NCBI GenBank assembly: GCA_013152275.1
Contig: JAADGS010000057.1
Coordinates: forward strand, 1 to 50,659
Source: Actinomycetota bacterium
Lineage (GTDB): Bacteria; Actinomycetota; Acidimicrobiia; Spongiisociales; UBA4744
Length of the DNA: 50,659 nt
Direction: 5' to 3'
This document shows, piece after piece, positions 38,969 to 47,759 of this stretch; the stretch's first letter is position 1; every line of letters starts with the position of its first letter. The position numbers and the translations under genes are program-made. Below the pieces are notes generated by a model. The model saw nothing but the letters and a program-made list of their open reading frames with translations. It was not told the origin of the DNA and made no database searches.

Positions 38969-39802
38969 ATGCGGCTCCACGTGATCGACGCGACCTACGA
39001 ACTGTTCCGCGCCTATTTCGGCTATCCCCGAAGGAGTGATCCATCCGGCCGAGAAGTCGGGGCGGTGTGGGGACTCGTCGACTCGACGAGACGCCTGCTG
39101 CGCGAACCGGGTGTCACACACGTTGCAGCCGCCTTCGACACGGCCATCCGGTCGTTCCGCAACGACATGTACGACGGATACAAGACGGGAGAGGGGATCG
39201 AGCAGGAGTTGTTCGATCAGTTTCCGTCGGCAGAGCGAGCCCTGGAATCACTGGGTGTTGTCGTGTGGCGGATGGAAGAGTTCGAGGCGGACGATGCGCT
39301 CGCTTCGGCCGCTTTCCGCTTTGGCGACGATGTCGAGCAGGTCGTGTTGTTGAGTCCGGACAAGGACCTCGCCCAGTGTGTGGTCGGAGACAGGGTCGTG
39401 ATGTACGACCGTCGCCGCTCGATGATGATCGATGAGGACGGTGTGCACGACAAGTGGGGGATATCACCTGTATCGATGCCCGACTACCTGGCACTCGTCG
39501 GGGATGCCGCCGATGGTATTCCGGGCATACCCGCGTGGGGAGCGAAGTCGGCGTCGACGCTGCTGGGTCGTTATCGAAGGATCGAACGGATCCCCCTCCG
39601 CCACGAACTGTGGGACGTTCCGGTTCGCGGTGCCCTTCGGTTGTGCACGTCGCTGGCCGCCAACATGGACGATGCGCTGTTCTACCGCACGCTCACGACA
39701 CTACGACGCGACGTGCCGATTACCGAGACGATCGACGATCTCGAGTGGGTGGGAGAAGACGAATCGGCGATGCGGGCGCTTGCCACCGAGTTTGGATTCT
39801 GA
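38969..39802 (+). CDS. Stand-alone 5'-3' exonuclease / flap endonuclease
   Basis: VIDAT, FRNDMYDGYK, EADD, SPDKD, LVGDAADGIPG, H3TH motif GAKSA. Confidence 0.92.
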   Translation: MRLHVIDATYELFRAYFGYPRRSDPSGREVGAVWGLVDSTRRLLREPGVTHVAAAFDTAIRSFRNDMYDGYKTGEGIEQELFDQFPSAERALESLGVVVWRMEEFEADDALASAAFRFGDDVEQVVLLSPDKDLAQCVVGDRVVMYDRRRSMMIDEDGVHDKWGISPVSMPDYLALVGDAADGIPGIPAWGAKSASTLLGRYRRIERIPLRHELWDVPVRGALRLCTSLAANMDDALFYRTLTTLRRDVPITETIDDLEWVGEDESAMRALATEFGF

Positions 39803-39833
39803 TTGGTGGCGAGTGCAAGAAGAGCCTCCACCC

Positions 39834-40012
39834 CATCGACCTCGGCTCGTTCCTCGCCTCGGCCACTTCCCCTGCCAGGGGAAGCAAGAAGTGAGCCACT
39901 CTTTCCTTCCCCCACAAGGAAGGGCCGAGTCTTCGAGGCGATGGGGGTGTTCGCGCGTAGCCGAGGTGTGGTGGCTCTACCGCATCGACCTCGGCTCGTT
40001 CCTCGCCTCGGC
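39834..40012. repeat. REP/BIME-like cluster: 30-bp direct repeat x2 with a degenerate inverted copy between
   Basis: catcgacctcggctcgttcctcgcctcggc at 39834-39863 and 39983-40012; hairpin cttcccctgccaggggaag. Confidence 0.75.
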
Positions 40013-40016
40013 TGCT

Positions 40017-41984
40017 TCACTCCCCGCGAGGACCGGTGAGCCCGAGGTGGTGCAGGAACGCCTCGTTGTTGGGTTCCCGACCCAGGAAATCCCTGAGCAG
40101 ATCCGCCGCGTCTCTGGAGCCGCCTCGCTCGAGGATCTTACGGCGATAGGCGATACCGACGTTTGGGTCGGTGACGCCTGCTTCCTCGAATCGGGAGAAC
40201 ATGTCGAGGCCGAAGACCTTTGACCACAGGTACCCGTAGTAGCCGGCGTCGTAGCCGCCGAGCAGATGGCCGAAACTTGCCGGAAAGAAGGTTCCCTCCT
40301 GGTGGGGGAGGAGGCCGACGCTTTCGGCGTCGAGCATGATCGCGTCCAAGTCGCTGTGATCCCCCGGCCCGTGCAATCCGAGGTCCAGCTTGCCGAGAGA
40401 GATCTGGCGGAGTGTGTCGAGGGCCTCATTCACGTGCCGGGCGGCCACCAACCTGTCGACGAGATCCGTCGGGATCGGCTCGCCGGTTTCATGGTGCAGA
40501 GCGAATCGCTGGAGAAGGTCTGCTCGCCAGCACCACTCCTCCATGATCTGTGACGGCGCCTCGACGAAATCCCACTCGGTCGAGGCACCCGAGAAGCGGG
40601 TGAACTCGGTGTGACCCAGCGACATGTGCAGGATGTGGCCAAACTCATGGAAGAGGGTCTCGACCTCGGAGTGCTGGAGCAGGGACGGCCCATCTGCCGA
40701 GGGCTTCGTGAAGTTGGCCACGATTGTGGACAGTGGCAGCTGGTACTCGCCGTTGGCCGTTCGGTGCCCCGGAACGAGGGGGAAGGCGGCCGCGTGGCTG
40801 AACTTGCCCTCTCGCGGGAACAGGTCGGCCATGAAGGTCGCCACCTGGTCGCCCGAGGATGTGTCGACGATGTCGTAGACGACGACATCGGGGTGCCAGG
40901 TCGGAACATCTTCCCGCTTGCGGTATTCGAGCCCAAAGACCTCTCCGGTAATGCCGAGGAGGCCGTCGATCACCCGATCCAGAGGAAAGTACTGCGCGAC
41001 TTCCGTTTGATCGACTCCGTAATCCTGTTTGCGAAGTTGCGTGTCGTAGTAGCGGCGGTCCCAGGGCTGCAATTGCAGGTCGCCGGTTTCGGATTCCAGC
41101 ATCGAGGCCAGTACGGCGACCTCGCGATGACCGATCTCGGTCAGGGGCGGGACGAGATCGTCGTAGAAGGCCGTGACGGCCTTCGGGTGCCTGGCCATCT
41201 TCACCTCCATCTGATAGTCGGCCCAGGAAGGAAGACCGAACATCGCCGCCATCTTCTCCCGTAGATGCACGGCTTCTTCGAGGATCGGGCGGTTGATGCC
41301 TGCAGCTCTGTTCGAGAACAAGAACAAGAGTCGCTCTCGCAGATCGCGTCGGGTGGCGTTTTCCATGAACGGGAAGACATCCGGGTATGCCATGGTCACC
41401 TTGTACGTGCCGGCATCCGGTCCTGGCTGGAGATGCTCGATGTACTTATCGGTCATCCCGGCCAGATCCGGTCCCGTCACGATGAGCGCCGCATCGACGT
41501 CGGCGATGTTCTTCTCGAAGGCGATTCCGAGTTCGACCATCCGGTTCTGAAGCTTCTGGAGTTCCTCGCGTTGGTCCTGCCGGAGTTCATGACCGGCACG
41601 CCGGAAATCGCGAGTGGTGAAGTCGAGAAGGCGGCGGCGTTCTCCGGAGAGAGAAGTGGCGTCTTCGGTTTCGGCATATGCGCTGATCGCCTCATAGAGA
41701 TCACGACGGAACGTGAGTCCGACCTGCCATTTCGTGAGTGCCTCCTCTGACGCCCGAGCAGCGGCACGGATGGACTCGTCTGGGTGAACGTTGGAGAGAA
41801 ACGGCCCGCGACCGTAGGCAAGGGCCATCGTCGTGGCCGCTTCTTCGAGCGGAAGCAATGTGTTTGTGAACGTTCGCGCACCCTCGACGGCGACGACACC
41901 GGCGACGAGACGCTCGCAGGTGGCGATGGTTGCAGAGGTCAAGTTGTCGATCGTGTCCGGAGTGATCATCGTGTAGTCGAACAT
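40017..41984 (-). CDS. M3-family metallopeptidase (thimet oligopeptidase-like)
   Basis: LFHEFGHILH, DFVEAPSQ, YDAGYYGYLWS. Confidence 0.95.
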   Translation of the reverse strand: MFDYTMITPDTIDNLTSATIATCERLVAGVVAVEGARTFTNTLLPLEEAATTMALAYGRGPFLSNVHPDESIRAAARASEEALTKWQVGLTFRRDLYEAISAYAETEDATSLSGERRRLLDFTTRDFRRAGHELRQDQREELQKLQNRMVELGIAFEKNIADVDAALIVTGPDLAGMTDKYIEHLQPGPDAGTYKVTMAYPDVFPFMENATRRDLRERLLFLFSNRAAGINRPILEEAVHLREKMAAMFGLPSWADYQMEVKMARHPKAVTAFYDDLVPPLTEIGHREVAVLASMLESETGDLQLQPWDRRYYDTQLRKQDYGVDQTEVAQYFPLDRVIDGLLGITGEVFGLEYRKREDVPTWHPDVVVYDIVDTSSGDQVATFMADLFPREGKFSHAAAFPLVPGHRTANGEYQLPLSTIVANFTKPSADGPSLLQHSEVETLFHEFGHILHMSLGHTEFTRFSGASTEWDFVEAPSQIMEEWCWRADLLQRFALHHETGEPIPTDLVDRLVAARHVNEALDTLRQISLGKLDLGLHGPGDHSDLDAIMLDAESVGLLPHQEGTFFPASFGHLLGGYDAGYYGYLWSKVFGLDMFSRFEEAGVTDPNVGIAYRRKILERGGSRDAADLLRDFLGREPNNEAFLHHLGLTGPRGE

Positions 41985-42175
41985 TCCGAGAACGATACCC
42001 GCCCGGGGAGCCTGCTGAGCGATGCATGGCTCGGGTCTCGACGACCGTGCATTGCCCTGTCTCTGCCTCGACGCAGCGCACGACTGCGCTTTGTCACGCC
42101 AGATTCGTCACGCTCGCCCCGCGGTGTTGCATCGATGAGGTTGCGATACGAAGTACCAGGTACCTGGTACCGGCA

Positions 42176-43123
42176 TCACTCGGTGGATTCCAGATGCGTC
42201 CAGTCGGCCTCGGAGAGCAGCCGGGACAACAGCCGCGCGGATCTGATCCCGTAATCTGCGTAACAGTTGTTCATCAACAGATGCACACGCTCCGCTCGTT
42301 CGCGAAGAAGCCGGATGCGGGGGATCCACTCTCGCAGCTCGTCTTCCCGGTAGTCGTAGCGGAACCGCTCGGCGGCGGTGATTCCCTTGCGTTCCCAGTT
42401 GTCGGCATTCCTGCCGTGGAAGCGCACGTGTGCAATCGGCGCTGTTACCGCTGCCACCGGTGGCACGGAACTTCTGAACCCTCGAGGCGCGTCGACGCAG
42501 ACGTAGGCGAGGCCATGTTCTCGCAGAAAGTCGAGCGTGGAGCCGGCATGGTCCCGGTCCATCCAGCGTTGCTGCCGAAACTCGACCGCCACATCGAATT
42601 CCTCGAGCTGCTCTGCGGCCCAGGAGAGATAGCCGAGGGAACCTCGCGAGGGATAGACGTATGGAGGGAGCTGCATCAGGATCGAGCCGAGCTTTCCTGC
42701 GGAGTGCAGAGGCATGAGCGCCTCGGAAAAGCGGTGGAACGCCTCGGCGACGAACTCCCTCGGAAGATCCCGGGCGTAGACATTGCGCTTGTCGGCCTGT
42801 TCCTGGGGCAGTGCCTCTCGCAGATCCTTCCACAGTGTCCGCGGAGGAGTCGGATGCTGAGTGAGGAGTCGGAACGCCTTGATGTCGAAGGTGAAGTCGT
42901 TGGGCGTGCGCTCGACCCACAACCCTGCAGTTCGCTCGTTGGGAGGGCCGTAGTAGGTGGAGTCGACCTCGACGATCGGGAACTGGGATGCGTAGTAGCG
43001 AAGGCGCTTCTCGGCCGTGTCGACGTCCGGCGGGTAGAAGGCGCCGGATTCGAGCAGGGTCTTGTCTGTCCACGAACATGTTCCGACGAGGAGCCCCCGG
43101 TCGGCGATGGTGTCGCTGGCCAT
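42176..43123 (-). CDS. DUF72 (YecE-like) TIM-barrel protein
   Basis: GTCSW, VEVDSTYY, KAFRLLTQH, QLPP, EFRQ, VRFHGRN, YDY, MNN. Confidence 0.92.
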   Translation of the reverse strand: MASDTIADRGLLVGTCSWTDKTLLESGAFYPPDVDTAEKRLRYYASQFPIVEVDSTYYGPPNERTAGLWVERTPNDFTFDIKAFRLLTQHPTPPRTLWKDLREALPQEQADKRNVYARDLPREFVAEAFHRFSEALMPLHSAGKLGSILMQLPPYVYPSRGSLGYLSWAAEQLEEFDVAVEFRQQRWMDRDHAGSTLDFLREHGLAYVCVDAPRGFRSSVPPVAAVTAPIAHVRFHGRNADNWERKGITAAERFRYDYREDELREWIPRIRLLRERAERVHLLMNNCYADYGIRSARLLSRLLSEADWTHLESTE

Positions 43124-43169
43124 GCCGAGAGGGTACGCGCTCCGACCCACCCTGTGCGACAATCAAGAC

Positions 43170-43559
43170 ATGGAGCATCCGGGCATCCGGCGGATCAAAG
43201 AGGGGTACAGGTGCTTCTCCGTGGGTGACTGCGAGGGGTTTGCCCGCGAGTTCGCCGACGACGCGATATGGCACGTCCGCGGGGATACGCCGCTCGCAGG
43301 CGACAAGGTGGGTCGGGAGGAGATCCTGGAGTTTCTCAGGTCACTCGCTCAGGACACCCGTGGGTCGTTCATGATCGAGGTGCACGACATACTTGCGAAC
43401 GATCTCCATACGGTGGTGTTGGCTCACATGACCGTGCATCGGGAAGAAGGGACCTACACGGCGGACGAGGTACACGTCTTCTGTACGAACGGGGGACGGA
43501 TCACCGAGGCATGGGGATTCACGTCCGACCCCGACGGTCGCGGCAAGTTTTGGTTCTAG
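43170..43559 (+). CDS. NTF2/SnoaL-like protein
   Basis: FADDAIWHVRGDTPLAG..GREEI; GGRITEAW. Confidence 0.85.
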   Translation: MEHPGIRRIKEGYRCFSVGDCEGFAREFADDAIWHVRGDTPLAGDKVGREEILEFLRSLAQDTRGSFMIEVHDILANDLHTVVLAHMTVHREEGTYTADEVHVFCTNGGRITEAWGFTSDPDGRGKFWF

Positions 43560-43884
43560 GGCCTCTGCCGGATGATGCACGTACCAGGCACCACGCATGA
43601 GAACGATCTCCTGGCGGCCATAGACCCCCTACAAACAAGGAACGATGTCGTGGCGGCCCACCCGTGCTTCGTATCGCAGCCTCGAGTCGATGCAAGACCA
43701 CGGGGCGAACGTGGCGGCGGTTGCCGTCGGGTTCAAAGAGTCCGAAGACGCAACGCGTCGATGTACTACCACGGGGGCAACGTGACGATTCAGTCGTGGC
43801 AAAGCGCAGTCGCGTGGCGTGTCAGGAGGGGGTGGAGCACTGCACGGCCATCGAGAGGTGAGCCATGTGTCGCCCGGCAGGTGC

Positions 43885-44295
43885 CTATGAGTCGGCTGCC
43901 TCTGCTCCGTTGGTGGTCAGCAGTCGACGGAGTTGTTCTTTCTTGACGACACCGGTGGTGCGAAAGCGCTGCGTGATCTTCTTGGTGTCTTCCTCGCCAC
44001 GCTGTTTCGCCTTACGCTGGGATCGTTCCGACGTCCCAAACAGTACGAACGTCGGCGTGCCCTTGATCTTGTAGTGTTCCACGGCGCCCGGCACCTTGCC
44101 CACGTTGACTTTCAGGACGTGGGCAGATCCACGAAACTCATGAGCGAGCTCGTCGATGGTGCCGTCCATCGCTTTGCACGCCGGGCACGAAAACTGCATG
44201 AAGTCGATGAGGACCGGTTTGCCGTCGGCCGTGAACTGCTCGATCTGATCGATGTTCTTTACGTTGATCGCTCTGGTGCGTCTGCGGAATGCCAC
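43885..44295 (-). CDS. Thioredoxin-family protein
   Basis: PVLIDF...CPACK, KVNV, cis-Pro GTPTF. Confidence 0.85.
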   Translation of the reverse strand: MAFRRRTRAINVKNIDQIEQFTADGKPVLIDFMQFSCPACKAMDGTIDELAHEFRGSAHVLKVNVGKVPGAVEHYKIKGTPTFVLFGTSERSQRKAKQRGEEDTKKITQRFRTTGVVKKEQLRRLLTTNGAEAADS

Positions 44296-44383
44296 GACTG
44301 CCTACAAGGGGGAACGGGGCAAGGGTATGCTCGAGTTGGTGGATTTGTCCACTCTCGGACCGCTCCGGTGCCCTTCCTGCCGG

Positions 44384-46663
44384 CTACCAGCCGCCTCCTC
44401 CACCGCCACCACCGAAGCTTCCGCCACCACCGAAGCCGCCGCCACCACCGAAGCCACCGAAACTGCCGACGCTTCCCCCGGAACCCCACGAGGATCCGCC
44501 GCTTCCCCCGCCGGATCCGAAGCCGCCGCCACCACCGAACCCTCCAAACCAGCTGCTCTTGGATTGGGACCACGAAGTATCTCGATAGATGGGGCTCCAT
44601 CCAAGCGCCTGGCTCACGCCCCTGGTGATCACCCAGTGGTAGTAGAAGAGTGTGAATGGGTCGAAGGTTCCGAGGTCTCTCGGCAACGGGCGGCCGGTCC
44701 ACGAGTCTGCCTGTCCCGATGTGCCTTCGTGAGCCAGTTCCGGTGCGTAGCGATCGGCGTCGTCGATGGTGGAACGCTCGAGGGCCTGGCGCTGTGCCGC
44801 GTACGCGAGCGCGAATGCGCGAGGCCCGCGAGGATCGGAGGCTCCGAACGCCGCGGCGGTGTCGGCGTACGCCCCCGAGAGCCCGAGGTCGGCGAGGGCG
44901 CGGCGGGCATCCAGCCATCGGTCGAGGGCACGTGCCGGTTCCAGAGAGATTGCCAGAACGGCGGCGATCGTACGACGAGTCTCTCCGGTGACCCCTTTGG
45001 CAGAGAGCTGGTTTGCCAGTTCGTTGAATGCCGTGACCGACCGCTCACCATTCCGAACGAGTGCCGCCGTAATGGAGATCGGCAATCCAAGCCGCTTCGC
45101 CTCGTCGCGGATCCTCTCGATCTCGCTCGAACTCGTCAGCCCTGCAATGGCCAGCTCGACGGCGACGACCGGCTCGTACCCGTACCCACGCGCATCGTGG
45201 TATGCCGCGAGGAAGTCCGGCACCGAGTCGTTGTTGAGGAGTAGGAACGCGGCCACGGCCGGAAGTTCAAGACCATCTTGGCGCAGGTCGGACCCTTTCT
45301 CCTCGAGCTCGACTCTGATCGTTTCGTATCGGTCCACCGACTCCTGGGGATCATCCATCACATCCGCGAGCGCAACTGCCACGGCCGGCCGGGCCAGCGA
45401 GTCGGGCAACTTCTCGTAGATGGCCTCCAACCTGTCGGTCTTCGCTCTCGCCGTCGCATACGCGTCTTCAAGAGATGCAATCGAAGTCTCGATGGGATCG
45501 GTGTCCTCGAGCACAGGGCCCGCCTGAAGGAGCCGGACTCCAAGATCGTTGACCACGGTCGCTCCGATCGGGGTGTGGACGATCTCGTCGGCCAATGCGA
45601 TCGCCAGTTTTCGACGAGCCTCGGCGATTCGGTATGGGCGGAGTGCGTCGACGATGGAGCGGAGGCGTCCGAGCGTGACCTCGAAGGCTTGGTCGTCGGT
45701 CTCGTCGATCGCGTCCCGAGAGGCTTGCTGCAGAGAATCCTCCAACACAGATTGCTCACCGCTCACGCGCAGCTCGAGGGGGATCTCGGTGCGAAGTTTC
45801 TTGGTGTCGAGGACTTCGACGGCTCCGTGCGTCCAGAGTGCTTCGAGTGCAAGCCTTGTCGCTGGAGGAGATCCTTGTTTGAGCGCCCCGAGGGTCGACA
45901 GTGCCTCTCGGGTCGAGGTGGAGACTGCGGTCGCGGGAGGAGCGATGGTGACCTCGGCCGGCACGGTGAGCTCATGACCCGCAGGCCGCAGGCGTGCCAG
46001 TTCCCCGTCGACGCGTTCTTGTCGCTGCTTGCGAGCCAGGGACCGTCGGTCGCGACGAGTTTTGGCTGCTCCCGTACCGACGAGCACCGCGCCGATTCCG
46101 AAGATCACGATCGCGATGATCAGCCCTGCATTCGACGAGGAGGGTTCTCCGGATGGAGAACCGGTGGAGGCGACCGGAGTGCTTCCGGCGAACGTCTGCC
46201 CGAGGCCACCCACGATCGCGGCGATCCCACCGTCGAAATCACCGGCGGCGAAGAAACTCTTCCCGAGTCCGGCGACGAAGTCGAGCTGTGAAGAGGAGAT
46301 ATCCAGACCTTTCCCGGTCTCGATCGCCGTGGCCCGATTGTCGAGGTCGATCAGTACGACGACCCCATCGTTGCGGTCTGCAGCGCCCACTCCCCACGCG
46401 TTTCCGAGATCCTGTGCGAACTCGTTCGGCGAACGAGGGTCGCTGTTCCGGATCACCACGACGGCGATCTCGTGACCGTACTGGGCGACGACACGGCCGA
46501 CGGCTTCCTCCAGTCGAGCGTCGTCGGTGATCACCCCCACGGTATCGGTCACCCACCCAGCGCAGGTGATCCCTTCGAACGAAGGACAGGTCGGTGCACT
46601 CTGGGCGAGTGCCGGGGTTGCCGGCATGAGCAGCAGCGCGAGAATCGAGAGGAGACGTTTCAT
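44384..46663 (-). CDS. TPM-domain protein with long cytoplasmic extension and Gly-rich tail
   Basis: Signal peptide; WGVGAADRNDGVVVLI, IETGKGL; one TM; terminal GGFGGGGSFGGGGGGGGW. Confidence 0.85.
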   Translation of the reverse strand: MKRLLSILALLLMPATPALAQSAPTCPSFEGITCAGWVTDTVGVITDDARLEEAVGRVVAQYGHEIAVVVIRNSDPRSPNEFAQDLGNAWGVGAADRNDGVVVLIDLDNRATAIETGKGLDISSSQLDFVAGLGKSFFAAGDFDGGIAAIVGGLGQTFAGSTPVASTGSPSGEPSSSNAGLIIAIVIFGIGAVLVGTGAAKTRRDRRSLARKQRQERVDGELARLRPAGHELTVPAEVTIAPPATAVSTSTREALSTLGALKQGSPPATRLALEALWTHGAVEVLDTKKLRTEIPLELRVSGEQSVLEDSLQQASRDAIDETDDQAFEVTLGRLRSIVDALRPYRIAEARRKLAIALADEIVHTPIGATVVNDLGVRLLQAGPVLEDTDPIETSIASLEDAYATARAKTDRLEAIYEKLPDSLARPAVAVALADVMDDPQESVDRYETIRVELEEKGSDLRQDGLELPAVAAFLLLNNDSVPDFLAAYHDARGYGYEPVVAVELAIAGLTSSSEIERIRDEAKRLGLPISITAALVRNGERSVTAFNELANQLSAKGVTGETRRTIAAVLAISLEPARALDRWLDARRALADLGLSGAYADTAAAFGASDPRGPRAFALAYAAQRQALERSTIDDADRYAPELAHEGTSGQADSWTGRPLPRDLGTFDPFTLFYYHWVITRGVSQALGWSPIYRDTSWSQSKSSWFGGFGGGGGFGSGGGSGGSSWGSGGSVGSFGGFGGGGGFGGGGSFGGGGGGGGW

Positions 46664-46739
46664 TGACAGCGAGCCTACCGTTTTGGCGTGAGCGAGCCGA
46701 CCGGGAATCTTCGGGTAGGCCGGACGTGTTGGAGGGACC

Positions 46740-47147
46740 ATGGACTACGAAGAGGCGGCACGCCACATCTTGTCGAGATATCGAACGTGGGCCGTGGTGG
46801 GGTGCTCCCCCCGACCGACTCGCGCGAGCCACGACGTGGCGGCGTTCCTTCAGCACCGGGGGTTTCGGATCATCCCCGTCAATCCTGCCGCCGACGAGAT
46901 TCTCGGTGAGACCGCATACCCCGATCTGGCCTCTGTCCCGGATCCGATCGAAGTCGTCGACATCTTCCGTCGTTCCGAACACGCAGGACGGCACGTCGAC
47001 GAGGCGATCGCTATCGGGGCGAAGGCGGTGTGGATGCAGCTGGGCGTCATCGACGAGGGTGCCGCGATACGTGCGAGAAAGGCCGGCCTCGAGGTCGTCA
47101 TGGACCGCTGTCCCAAGATCGAGTATCGACGACTGTTCGCGGGGTAG
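46740..47147 (+). CDS. CoA-binding protein (YccU family)
   Basis: AVVGCS, IIPVNP, VDIFRR, VWMQLG, VMDRCPKIE. Confidence 0.92.
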   Translation: MDYEEAARHILSRYRTWAVVGCSPRPTRASHDVAAFLQHRGFRIIPVNPAADEILGETAYPDLASVPDPIEVVDIFRRSEHAGRHVDEAIAIGAKAVWMQLGVIDEGAAIRARKAGLEVVMDRCPKIEYRRLFAG

Positions 47148-47597
47148 GTGCCCTGCAAGGAGAAACATGCGGAGATCGCGGGCATGACCCTGCGGATCTC
47201 CGGCGGGGAGTTGTCGCCGCATGCACATCGCGACGTTCCAGGGCTTCCGTTCTTGCGTGTGTCCCGCGCCCTTGCCCTTCGCGATGGTGGTGGCGGAATG
47301 CTCGCACCGAACGAAGACGCGGCCGGATCTCCCGCAATCCCAAATGTCGTCGAGATCGGGTTGTAGATAGACGGTGTTCACGTCCTGTATCGAAGGTCCG
47401 GCGGCCTGGGAAATCGAGTTCCAGGTCGAACCCCGCGCAGCGTGACCGAGTTCGACCGAAGGCGGCTGCGGGCCGGTGATTTCGGGGATTCGGACGGTCG
47501 CATCGTGTGGATCGCAGGATGGGAAGTCGGCAGTCCCCGGCTCCCGGCGGTCGCAGCGCCGCCGCCTTGTGGGAGCGTTCTTGTGATCGATGACCGG

Positions 47598-47759
47598 CTA
47601 TTCGCCAGGGAGGTGCTCCTCGTGGACGATGTCCCAGCGATCGAGGCAGTCCTCGCATCGGTAGACGAGGATATCGCCAGGTTCGAACCCTTCTTCGGGC
47701 GGATACGAGATCAGGTGGGCAGTCCCGCCGCAATCGACGCAAGTGATCGTCTCATCCAT
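47598..47759 (-). CDS. Small Zn-ribbon protein (53 aa)
   Basis: MDETITCVDCGG...YRCEDCLDRWD; TGATG overlap with the radical SAM gene; GGAGG RBS. Confidence 0.78.
   Translation of the reverse strand: MDETITCVDCGGTAHLISYPPEEGFEPGDILVYRCEDCLDRWDIVHEEHLPGE

Noticed and set aside
43600..43880. c-di-GMP riboswitch or small ORF
   Set aside because: No GNRA/receptor P2 arrangement found; ORFs are uninformative.
47148..47590. Short ORFs after the CoA-binding gene
   Set aside because: No recognisable product; may be a decayed gene but unsupported.
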